Shown: positions 39,115 through 50,100 of the stretch, piece after piece
How positions within the stretch are numbered: position 1 is the stretch's first letter
Layout of the letters: the number at the start of each line of letters is the position of its first letter
Assembly: GCF_020745735.1 (NCBI RefSeq)
Contig: NC_083420.1
Span: 23,002,001-23,066,000 of the forward strand
Direction of reading: 5' to 3'
DNA: 64,000 bases
From: Hemiscyllium ocellatum
Lineage: Eukaryota
Position numbers and translations under genes: made by a program
The notes under the pieces: generated by a model
Told to the model about the DNA's origin: nothing
Database searches by the model: none
The model's input: only the letters and a program-made list of their open reading frames with translations

Positions 39115-39870
39115 TCTGGATCAGTGGTGCTGGAAGAGCACAGCAGTTCAGGCAGCATCCAAGGAGCAGCGAAAGCGACGTTTCGGGCAAAAGCCCTTCA
39201 TCAGGAGTAAAGGCAGTGAGCCTGAAGCGTAGAGAGATAAGCTAGGGGAGGGTGGGGATGGGGAGAAAGCATAGAGTACAATGGATGAGTGGAGGAGGGG
39301 ATGAAGGTGATAGGTCAGGGTGGAGTGGATAGGCGGAAAAGGAGATAGGCAGGTAGGACAGGTCCGGACAAGTCATACGGACAGTCTGAGCTGGAAGTTT
39401 GGAACAAGAATGAGGTGGGGAAGGGGAAATGAGGAAACTGTTGAAGTCCACATTGATGCCCTGGGGTTGAAGTGTTCCGAGGCGGAAGATGAGCTGTTCT
39501 TCTTCCAGGCGTCTGGTGGTGACGGAGCGGGTGAAGGAGGCCCAGGACCTCAACTCTGTCCCCATGACTTGTCCGGACCTGTCCTACCTGCCTATCTCCT
39601 TTTCCACCTATCCACTCCACCCTCTCCTCCTTGACCTATCACCTTCATCCCCTCCCCCACTCATCCATTGTACTCTATGCTACTTTCTCCCCACCCCCAC
39701 CCTCCTCTAGCTTATCTCTCCACGCTTCAGACTCACTGCCTTTACTCCTGATAAAGGGCTTTTGGCCGAAACGTCGCTTTCGCTGCTCCTCGGATGCTGC
39801 CTGAACTGCTGTGCTCTTCCAGCACCACTAATCCAGAATCTGGTTTCCATCATCTGCAGTCATTGTTTTT
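39115..39870. mobile_element. Fold-back Penelope-like 3'-end element with 15-bp TSD
   Basis: About 39115-39376 is the reverse complement of about 39563-39838; TSD ACCACAATTCACTGT at 39100-39114 and 39871-39885. Confidence 0.92.
39173..39208 (-). ncRNA. Minimal hammerhead ribozyme, intact catalytic core
   Basis: ACTC-CTGATGA-A-GGGC-TTTT-GCCC-GAAA-CG-TC-GC; stem I weak; the mirror copy at 39744-39779 (+) has CTGATAA (core mutation). Confidence 0.65.
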
Positions 39871-39892
39871 ACCACAATTCACTGTGTCTTAC

Positions 39893-40060
39893 ATTTAAAC
39901 AAGATCATTGAGCGCTGAGGATTTTTCTCATAAATAAAGCAGAGATGTTCCAGGAGTGAGACCAACAATAGCTGGTTGGGAATGGCAACCGTGAAATCCA
40001 TCAATGTTGTTTTGGCTTGGTTGCATTCTACCAAGCTACACTGCTGCATTAGATCGGTTT
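39893..40060 (-). CDS. EIF2AK1: HRI exon 2
   Basis: ETDL...DFTVAIPNQLLLVSLLEHLCFIYEKNPQRSMILFK; ttacag acceptor, gtaaga donor; 168 nt. Confidence 0.95.
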
Positions 40061-40556
40061 CTGTAATTAAAGGACAGGGGAGAAATTTAATTAAAATAGT
40101 ACTTTAAAAATGGTTTGAAAAGTACACACACACACACACCTCGGCAACTTGCTATCACAGCTCCTGATGTTACAACAGTGACTACACTTTGAAAGTAAAA
40201 AGCATTAATTGGGTTGTGAAGTAGTTTGAGGGATCATGAGGTACTACAGAAATGCAAATTTTTGTATGAATGGCACAATTTTCAAGAAGGGTATGGGATC
40301 AGAGAGTCACATGGCATGTCCCAAATCTTTGAAGGAGGCGGGGCAAAGTGAGAAGGGCATTAAAAATGCACTTGAATTTCAACAGCAAGAGAGATGGAAA
40401 CCAGAGTTCCAACTCTGGTAGTTAAAGAAGCAGCAGAAGGATGGAACTTTTTTTTAAAATCAAATTTGGGATAACTTTCAAAAAAAGGAACTGAATATAT
40501 AGCTGAGCAGGAAGTGTATGGAGGGGAATGGGTGGGGTGGAAATAGGACAAGGCTA

Positions 40557-40700
40557 AAGTGAGGACTGCAGATTAGAGTCAAGGCCGTGGTGCTGGAAAA
40601 GCACAACAGGTCAGGCAGCACCCAAGCAGCCCGAAACATCGATTTTCCTGCTTCTGGGATGCTGCCTGACCTGCTGTGCTTTTCCAGCACCACACGCTCG
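40557..40700. repeat. Miniature fold-back of a Penelope-like 3' terminus
   Basis: GTGGTGCTGGAAAAGCACAACAGGTCAGGCAGCA ... TGCTGCCTGACCTGCTGTGCTTTTCCAGCACCAC. Confidence 0.8.
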
Positions 40701-41059
40701 ACTGAAAATAGGGCAATATTGAATCTGACAGAAACACACAATTGGTTCGAATCAGCCATTCAGTTAACTGTCCGAGTTATTATAGTCATAGAGATGTACA
40801 GCACAGAAACAGACTCTTCATTCCAACCCATCTACACCGACCAGATATCCCAACTCAATCTAGTCGCACCTTCCGGCACCCTGCCCATATCCTTCCAAAC
40901 CCCTCCTATTCATATATCCATTCAAATGTCTTTTAAATGTTGCAATTGTGCCAGCCTCCACCACTTCCTCTCACAGCTCATTCCATACACATACCACCTT
41001 CTGAGTGCCTTAGGTCTCTTTTAGATCTTTCCCCTCTCACTCTAAACTTAGGCCCTCTA

Positions 41060-43705
41060 AGTTTGTGAGAAGATTTGTAGCTCGGGTGCATGTTGTTGTG
41101 GTTCTGTTCGCCGAGCTGGGAGTTTTTGTTGCAAACGTTTCATCCCCTTTCTAGGTGACATCTTCAGTGCTTGGGAGCCTCCTGTGAAGTGCTTCTGTGC
41201 TGATTCCTCCGGCATTTATACTGGTTTGAATCTGCCGCTTCCGGTTGTCAGTTGCTGTCCGCTGCAGTGGCAGGTATATAGGGTCTAGTTCGATGTGTCT
41301 GTTGATAGAATTTGTGGATGAGTGCCATGCCTCTAGGAATTCCCTGGCTGTTCTGTGTTTGGCCTGCCCTATAATAGTGGTGTTGTCCCAATCGAATTTG
41401 TGTTGTTTGTCATCTGAGTGTATAGCTACTAGGGATAATTGGTCGTGTCGTTTCATGGCTAGTTGGTGTTCATGGATGCGGGTTGTTAGCTGTCTTCCTG
41501 TTTGTCCTATGTAGTGTTTTGTGCAGTCCTTGCATGGGATTTTGTACACTACGTTAGTTTTGCTCATGCTGGTATCGGGTCCTTTGTCCTGGTGAGTTGT
41601 TGTCTGAGGGTGGCTGTTGGTTTTTGTGCTGTTATGAGTCCTAGTGGTCGTAGCAGTCTGGCTGTCAGTTCAGAAATGCTCCTGATGTATGGGAGTGTGG
41701 CCAGTCCTTTGGGTTGTGGCATGTCCTCATTTTGTTGTCTTCCCTTAAGGCATCTGTTGATGAAATTGCGCGGGTATCCGTTCTTGGTGAATGCCTTGTA
41801 TAGGTGTTCTTCTTCCTCTTTTTATAGTTCAGGTGTGCTGCAGTGTGTTGTGGCCCTTTTGAATAATGTCCTGATGCAACTTTGTTTGTGTGTGTTGGGG
41901 TGGTTGCTTTCATAGTCCAGGACTTGGTCTGTGTGTGTGTGGCTTTCCTGTATTCCTTCGTTGTGAATTCTCCGTTCGGTATTCTTTGTACCATCACGTC
42001 TAGGAACGGGAGTTGGTTGTCCTTTTCTTCCTCTCTCGTGAATCGGATTCCTGTGCGTGTGGCGTTGATGATCCGGTGTGTGTTCTCTATTTCTGTGTTT
42101 TTAATGATTACAAAGGTGTCGTCCACGTATCTGACCCAGAGTTTGGGTCGTAATTGCGTTAGAACCGTTTTTTCTAACCTTTGCATTACTGCTTCTGCTA
42201 TGAGTCCGGAGATCGGTGAGCCCATGGGTGTTCCGTTGATTTGTTCATATATCTGGTTGTTGAATGTGAAGTGTGTTGTGAGGCATAGGTCCAGTAGTTT
42301 AAGTATGCCGTCTTTGTTAATAGGTTCAGCGTCCTGTTGTCTGTTGTGTATGTCCAGCAGGTTGGATATTGTTTCTCTGGCTAGGGTTTTGTCAATAGAA
42401 GTGAACAGTCCCGTTACATCAATACAACAGTGCTGTTCACTTCTATTGACAAAACCCTAGCCAGAGAAACAATATCCAACCTGCTGGACATACACAACAG
42501 ACAACAGGACGCTGAACCTATTAACAAAGACGGCATACTTAAACTACTGGACCTATGCCTCACAACACACTTCACATTCAACAACCAGATATATGAACAA
42601 ATCAACGGAACACCCATGGGCTCACCGATCTCCGGACTCATAGCAGAAGCAGTAATGCAAAGGTTAGAAAAAACGGTTCTAACGCAATTACGACCCAAAC
42701 TCTGGGTCAGATACGTGGACGACACCTTTGTAATCATTAAAAACACAGAAATAGAGAACACACACCGGATCATCAACGCCACACGCACAGGAATCCGATT
42801 CACGAGAGAGGAAGAAAAGGACAACCAACTCCCATTCCTAGACGTGATGGTACAGAGAACACCGAACGGAGAATTCACCACGAAGGTATACAGGAAAGCC
42901 ACACACACAGACCAAGTCCTGGACTATGAAAGCAACCACCCCAACACACACAAACAAAGTTGCATCGGGACATTATTCAAAAGGGCCACAACACACTGCA
43001 GCACACCTGAACTATAAAAAGAGGAAGAAGAACACCTATACAAGGCATTCACCAAGAACGGATACCCGCGCAATTTCATCAACAGATGCCTTAAGGAAAG
43101 ACAACAAAATGAGGACATGCCACAACCCAAAGGACTGGCCACACTCCCATACATCAGGAGCATTTCTGAACTGACAGCCAGACTGCTACGACCACTAGGA
43201 CTCATAACAGCACAAAAACCAACAGCCACCCTCACCAGGACAAAGGACCCGATACCCAGCATGAGCAAAACTAACGTAGTGTACAAATTCCCATGCAAGG
43301 ACTGCACAAAACACTACATAGGACAAACAGGAAGACAGCTAACAACCCGCATCCATGAACACCAACTAGCCACGAAACAACACGACCAATTATCCCTAGT
43401 AGCCATACACTCAGATGACAAACAACACAAATTCGATTGGGACAACACCACTATTATAGGGCAGGCCAAACACAGAACAGCCAGGGAATTCCTAAAGGCA
43501 TGGCACTCATCCACAAATTCTATCAACAGACACATCGACCTAGACCCTATATACCGGCCACTGCAGCGGACAGCATCTGACAACCGGACGCGGCAGATTC
43601 AAACCAGTATAAATGCCGGAGGAATCAGCACAGAAGCGCTTCACAGGAGGCTCCCAAGCACTGAAGATATCACCTAGAAAGGGGACGAAATGTTTACAAC
43701 AAAAA
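41060..43705. mobile_element. 2.65-kb palindromic Penelope (Poseidon-like) insertion: two inverted RT/GIY-YIG arms, 12-bp TSD
   Basis: GTPMGSPISG, WVRYVDDTF, LPFLDV, NVVYKIPCKDC..YIGQTGR on both strands; arms 41060-42408 (-) and 42433-43705 (+); TSD TTAGGCCCTCTA at 41048-41059 and 43706-43717. Confidence 0.95.
41131..41170 (-). ncRNA. Minimal hammerhead ribozyme core (mirror copy at about 43658-43697 +)
   Basis: GCA-CTGAAGA-T-GTCACC-TAGAAA-GGGGAT-GAAA-CG-TT-TGC; stem I GCA/TGC and AAACGTTT palindrome. Confidence 0.6.
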
Positions 43706-44119
43706 TTAGGCCCTCTAGTTCTGAGCTCCCCCACCCCAGGGAAAAGACTTTGTCTTTTTATTCTATCCATGTCCCCCAAGATTTTGTAAACGTCTGTAAG
43801 GTCACCTCTCAGCCTCCAACGCTCCAGGGAAAACAGCCCTCGCCTATTCAACCTCTCCCTGTAGCTCAAATTCTCCAATCCAGGCAACATTCTTGTATAT
43901 CTTTTCTGAACCCTTTCAAGTTTCACAACATCTTTCCGATAGGAAGGAGACCAGAACTGCATGCAATATTCTAACAGTGGCCGAACCAATGTCCTGTACA
44001 GCTGCAATGTGACCTCCCAGCTCCTGTACTCTGACCAATAAAGGAAAGTATACCAAACGTCGTCTTCACTACCCTATCTACTTGTGACTCTACTTTCAAG
44101 GAACTATGAACATGCACTC

Positions 44120-44809
44120 TGTGGGATTCAGGTGGATTGGTGTTACGTCTGCAATTAAAGTTTCTGATACAAGGTGAATGAACTCACATCGGTGTGTGGT
44201 TGTTTCGGCAGGGGCTGGGTCAGCAGGGGTGGGGTTGTGTGGAGGATTTTTTTTGTTATTAGCAAAAAATGTATGCAAGAAAGAAACGGGACTGTAAAAC
44301 AATGATAAGATGCTGTGAAGACAGGCAGTTAAACTAAATATGCCTGTATAAACAGTAGGTATAAACATCTGTTTCCCACTTTTACAGAAACACAGGAACA
44401 AACCCCAATTAAAAGAGCCTAAATTATAAGATGCTGAGAGGGGTGGCACAGATGGAGGGAGTAAATAATGGTAAGGCAAGGATGTGCCCACAGCAGGACG
44501 AGGTCAAATGGCCTTGAGAACAGGAATAAGCATTTTGTTACAGACAAGGCCGGATAAGACAAGAGATAAACAGGAGTAATGGGTACTGGTCTTAGGGAAG
44601 TGGAGCATGTGAACGGGGGGAACAATGAAATAAGAAAAACATATGTAGGAACCAAATTATATAAATATCGAGTATTTGTTGAATTCAGTGTGTTTTGTCC
44701 CTGCCTTGTGGACATCACACCCACTTGCAAGTGTGAAATAAAGGGCACTACTGATTCAGATCTTGTCTTGGACTGAAATTATTGCAGTGAGTGAGCTTTG
44801 TTTCTCACA
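44120..44809 (+). mobile_element. Solo LTR (ERV/Gypsy type), 690 bp
   Basis: TGTGGGA...TCTCACA termini; 4-bp TSD ACTC (44116-44119, 44810-44813); TATATAAATA at 44658-44667 and AATAAA at 44737-44742; the flanks rejoin to CR1 sequence. Confidence 0.85.
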
Positions 44810-45289
44810 ACTCCAAGGTCTCTTTGTTCAGCAACACTCCCTAGGACCTTACCATTAAGTGTATAAGTCCTGCTAAGATTTGCTTTCTCAAAATGCAGCA
44901 CCTTACATTTATCTAAATTCAACTCCATTGCCAATTCTCAGCCCATTGGCCCATCTGATCAAGATCCAGTACTTCAGCTGGTCCCACTCCCATGCTTCCA
45001 TTTAACTCTTCCAATCAATGTAACTAAAGTTCCTCAGCCCTGGAACCATTCTCGCTAACCCTCTCGAATGTTTTTCCATCCTCCCCAAAGTGAGGTGCCC
45101 AAGACTTCAGTTGAGGCGGAATCGGTGTTTTATAATGGTTGGCCCAAGGAGCTAGCACACCGCGATGAGCCGAATACCTTGCTGCAGGGCAGTCACTCTG
45201 TGATTGCGGTGCCCGCACACTGGGCAGGAGACCCAGGTCCTCGCATGTGCTCACAGCCGGCGTTTTGAGAGCCGATCGCCGGCACTTAC

Positions 45290-45371
45290 CATCGAAAGTG
45301 GCTGGAACTTGCTGCGGCAAACTAAAGGCCAGCTTGGCCCGAGGTCGCCGCAAGTCATCGCCGGAGTCCAT
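45290..45371 (-). CDS. EIF2AK1: HRI exon 1 (coding part)
   Basis: ATG in strong context (gacATGg), MDSGDDLRRPRAKLAFSLPQQVPATFD; G/gtaagt donor; phase 1 fits exon 2; CpG-rich region. Confidence 0.85.
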
Positions 45372-45485
45372 GTCCCGGGGACAGCGGGTGAGACTCGCTC
45401 CGCTCTACACCAGGCATTCACGGCGGAGAGTGTCACACAAAGGCAGACCCGGAAGTACAATCCAGAGAGAGAGAGAGAGAAACAT
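45372..45485 (-). promoter_or_regulatory. Probable EIF2AK1 5'UTR/core promoter
   Basis: ETS motif CCGGAAGT at 45449-45456, (GA)n tract at about 45464-45480, CpG-rich. Confidence 0.5.
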
Positions 45486-48400
45486 TGCAGTTGAGACAAG
45501 GTTTCTGCTCAAACTGTGCATTCCTGCTGTGAAGAGAGAAATTACAAATAGGAAAAAGAAATGTAGTCTTTTCAGAGATTGACAAAAACTTGCATTAATG
45601 TAGCATATCATCTTCAAGATATCTTAAAATGCTTTACAGCCATTTTTTTTAAGTGTGGTTGCTGTTGTAGGAAATGGCTAAGACACTAAGAGGAGCTCCC
45701 CTGCTATTCCTCATAATAGTGTTATGGAACTTTTACATTTCCCTCAAAGGTAGAGGGGTATGATGCTTATTTAAAATTCCCTAAAAGCTACAATGCAGTG
45801 CAGCAGATGTGGTCAGGCCTTTGTAATGCCCTTCCCAACAAAGACAATCCATCATTGAATGAACCCTTAAAATATCCCACTAAGAGCTCTTGTAATATCA
45901 CTGCCTCTGAGCCAGAGGCCTAAAATCAAATCCCACCAACTCCAAATGTGTGTTATAGTATGTCTGAGCAAGTTGACTTTAAAATAATTCTATGATATCC
46001 CACTGGTATCAAACTTCAGCTCCACATTTCAGAATTCTGAAGAAACTTCAGGCTCCCACTCCATAGAGAAATCAACTCTTATTCTGCCAAATTCCAAACC
46101 TATTTTCCAGTATTATCAGAGCCCAAGATTATGTACCATTTCCTTTTTGTGACAATGCACCTTCCCCCATCATTGTTCCATATGGATTCTAGCTCAAGAA
46201 TTGAAGGCCTTCAGAATTTCATGGCTGTGGTGGTAGAGGCATTTCAAGGAGATATTTCACAGTTTGAGATGCCTCTCTATACAGTTGGCAATTTACTTTG
46301 CTGTATCCCCACTTCTGCATTTGGGTCTAGCATCAGATAGCATCAATCCCAAGTTGATTCAGACATAGATAAGTAGGCCATCTATCACTGACTCCTATTA
46401 GAAGGAATTCATCTGAATCATTACATCTCCTGCGCTTTCAGTTATAGATGTTTTGGCTTACCAGCAAAGTGACAACCATAGGGCTCCAGTCATAGGGACA
46501 GCATGTAAGAAGCTGTCTTATGAATTGACTCTTTTTGTGCTGGCTCTTTCTGGAAGAATAGATGATGGGTGTCACTGGTCTACTTTGTCCATTCTAATCT
46601 TTGGGTAACTGGTAGAGTGATTGTTTGCAAAGTGTTTCAGTCCTTCAACATCCACTATCTCCTTTTCCCACAGAGCCTCATGGACATTATGGATGGACCT
46701 ATGATCAAAGGTGCTGTTTTGCACAAACATTTCCAACTGAGTTATCTTGGGTATTGTTTCCCATTTGATTAGAGACAGTCAATTTTAGATCTATACTTAT
46801 GGGTGGCACAGTTTCCTCCCACAATCCAAAAGATGTGCAGATTAGGTAAATTGGCCATACTAAATTGCCCATAGTGTTCAGGGATGTATAGGCTAGGTGT
46901 ATTAGTGTGGGGGAATGGATCTGGGAGGATGCTCATCAGAGGGTCGGTGTGGATTTGTTGGGCCGAAGGGCCTATTTCCACACTGTAGGGATACTATATC
47001 TATATCACGTCTAATTCAAGTGATAAAGGCTTGGGTGACTGCAATAGTGCAGGAGAAAGGTCTGAGCTAGACTTGCATCTGTAAAGCAACCCAAGGGCCC
47101 CTGATGACCACGTTCTTGGCCACAGCGAAGAAGATGTGTTGCTACACTGTTCAATCATAGCATCTGAATGGATAAAATTACATTAATGGGTAGGACTGTT
47201 CTGGCTTCTCTAACCATCTAGTTTTCTATTGGGCAGTCTGAAATTTATTGCACTGCCGTAATTGTCCTAGGATAGACTTGTTCAGCTGATTATATAGAAC
47301 TGGTCCTAAATCATAAACCACATTTACAGCCATGTGAACTCCAAATGGTTTCTCAGAGGGCAGGTGATGGCCGAGTAATATTATTAGTAGATTATTATTT
47401 CAGAGACCCTGGAAATGTCCTGGGGATCCAAGGCAGAATGTCACCTTGGCAGCTGGTGGAATTTGAATTCAATAAAAGAAATCAGAAAATCTGGAATTAC
47501 GAGTCTAATGACCTTGAACCAACATCATTCTATGTTGGAAAAACTCATCTGGTTCACTAATGTTTGGTGACAAAAATATGAGCCAGAAATGTATGTTTGA
47601 AACTGAGTTAATGTTTTATTTATTCAGAATGACTATAATCTCTGTAGTAACAGAACAATCCTCATCTCATATAGAAACTTAAATGATACATCAAATCTCA
47701 TCTTGGAAATGATACATCAGCTGTGTACCCAAGGAGTTTGGGGTTTGCCATTTGGTTTTATACCAAGCAGTCTAGATTTCACCACATTAGGTCCAGGTCC
47801 AGATCAATTTGGTATCGGGCCCCATTGAGTCAACTACTTAGAAATGTTCATTGTTCATGACATGGGACAGTATTCAACTCTAATGAACTAAAAGGTATTA
47901 ACTGCCAAACAAATGTTGCAAATTAACCAACTCGGCAGTTCCTGAAGGCCCAGCCCTAGTGATAAACATCATGAATTTTACAGTGATCCCACAAAGAAAG
48001 GTCCTATTGGAGCATCTGGAGTTATAACTTTGGAATGATGGGACTTGAACCTGAGCCACTGGTTCAAAGGAAGGGACACTACCACTGCACCACAAGAGAC
48101 CTAGGAGCCACTTTCTCCTCTTATTGACATCACTTTCAAAGCTATTATCCTACAAGCTTATTGGTTAATCTCAAGGTTACTATTTCAATATTATTTCCAG
48201 TTTTATGAATGCCTGCCATGAAATTGTGTTCTCGCCACACTTGTAAAAGATTCCTTAGGCCTATTTGTGAAGCATATATAGAAATCAATATACTGAGGGA
48301 GAGTTTTTTTGTTTCTTTTCCACTCATACATGTTTCCTGTCTCCAGACTGCTTTTCTTCATATGCATTTGATCATACTTTTGACAAAAATATAAACAAAT

Positions 48401-49059
48401 TGAACTCAATTAAAAAGAAAACAAACTGCCCATTTCAGAGCTTTACAAAGAGTCAGTTAGACTCGAACTGTCACCTCTTTTCTCCCCTTACAGATGCTGC
48501 CAGACCTGCTGAGATTTTCCAGCATTTTCTCTTTTGGACATATCCCCCCAGGATTGATTTGTATATTGTATTATTATTACATTGTACATAGGTAATTCCA
48601 AGCATCAAGGCAGAGTGTATGAGGATTAACAATATGAATTTAAACGGAAAATCAATGCGCTCAAAGACCCTAAAAAAAACAGGTGTCAACACTTGCGATT
48701 GCAAGACAACAGATCCCGCCTTGACATTACTCTGGTTGTGATGTTGCCTATTGGCCTCTACATTTAGCAGAAATATGTAAACTGACCAGTTGTGGTGGGG
48801 GAAGAGCCACTTCGATAAAGAAATTTTTCTTCATTTCATGTTAATGGTAGGCTTGAATTAAGTAATTAAACTGTTGTATAATAAATCACTGCGTTGTTAA
48901 AGTCAAATGATTGAAAATATAATAATCAAAATTAAATACCTACTGGCACTTAATATTTTTCACTTAAAATGTAGTTCTTTTCTGAAACAGTAGGTAGCAG
49001 TATTTTTCTTAAGTTTTTATGGTATTTGTGAATATAAGATGCTGTAAACGTTATGCCTT

Positions 49060-50100
49060 TTGAGGGCTACACAGCGCTCAGATTCTGAGGCCAACTAGGC
49101 CAAGCTGACTCGGGATATAGGGCTTTGCGCAGGGGTCGTCTTTCATCACTAACGATTTTTCACCTTCTGGTATTCTCTATCCGGTAAAGAGTGGCGCTGC
49201 TGCCGCGTCCTCAGCCTCCTCCCACCGGTGGCGGCGCTGCTGCCGCGTCCTCAGCCTCCTCCCACCGGTGGCGGCGCTGCTGCCGTGACCTCAGCCTCCT
49301 CCCGCCGTTGGCGGCGCTGCTACCGCGTCCTCAGCCTCCTCCCACCAGTGGCGGCGCTGCTACCGCGTCCTCAGCCGCCTCCCACCGGTGGCGGCGCTGC
49401 TACCGCGTCCTCAGCCGCCTCCCACCGGTGGCGGCGCTGCTGCCGTGTCCTCAGCTGCCTCCCACTGGTGGCGGCGCTGCCGGGCAGACCTCGCCCCCTT
49501 CTACCTCCCCGCGGTGCGTTGTGGGGCGGGTCGCGGTGCCCGGATGTGCTGATTGTGAGCTCGCTCCGTGTCGTAATCGTTAGCCGGGGGGGAGGGGGAG
49601 GTGGCTTTATCGCCGCGCGTTGCCGTCGTTGTCGTGATGGAAACACTTGGGGTATGTACCAGAGCTCCGGGTGAGGGTTAGTCGCGGACGTGATTCCTGC
49701 TTGGGCCTCCGGTGTAACTTGCGGTGCCTGTACCTAGACTCCTAAAGCGCTTCCCTTATAGCCTGACCGGCCGGTGACTCTCCCTCCCATGGTTACCACT
49801 CTCTTCCTTCTACCCCCACCCCTTTATTAACCCCCTCCCTGCTCCTCTTCGTTTTAATGGCGATTGCCCCAGGCTTGGGTCAGCTGTTGTAGTAATTTTG
49901 CCTCAAAATGCTTATCTGTCCTACCAGTAGCAACGCTGTATTGTATTGACGCCGGGGGTAGGCCCTGATACTGGGCTCCCCCTCCTCACTAAGGGGGAGG
50001 GGAGCGCGCACGTGTTTGTGTGCGCACGCGCGTGTCACCCTCTTAGGCAGCGCCTCCGCTTTGTTTCCCTTTTTGCAGCGAAGGTTGGGGGGGGTGGGGG
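49060..50100 (+). promoter_or_regulatory. CpG island; probable promoter/non-coding first exon of the divergent neighbouring gene (possibly USP42 by recalled synteny)
   Basis: High CpG/GC content; GC box GGGGCGGG at about 49523; candidate donors G/gtatgt (49652) and CGG/gtgagg (49671); E-box CACGTG at 50009 and NRF1-like TGCGCACGCGCG at 50021-50032. Confidence 0.6.
49190..49481. repeat. GC-rich 40-bp minisatellite, about 7.3 copies
   Basis: Unit GGTGGCGGCGCTGCTGCCGCGTCCTCAGCCTCCTCCCACC with an exact 40-nt period. Confidence 0.95.

Larger units (their letters stand above)
40782..44970 (-). mobile_element. CR1-type LINE 3' fragment split in three (40782-41059, 43706-44119, 44810-44970) by a PLE palindrome and a solo LTR
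   Basis: QLYRTLVRPLLEYCMQFWSPSYRKD..GLFSLERWRLRGD; collinear with the uninterrupted copy at 57901-59255. Confidence 0.9.

Noticed and set aside
46030-47300. Possibly coding-derived decayed sequence upstream of HRI
   Set aside because: Many stops and no motif I can assign; needs tBLASTx or a repeat-library search
49190-49481. CRISPR-like array or tandem CTCF sites
   Set aside because: Head-to-tail repeat with no unique spacers in eukaryotic DNA; the match to the CTCF consensus has several mismatches
49191-49674. Pro/Ala-rich ORFs of 130-148 aa
   Set aside because: They arise from the 40-bp GC-rich repeat (unit not a multiple of 3, non-ATG starts); no protein motif
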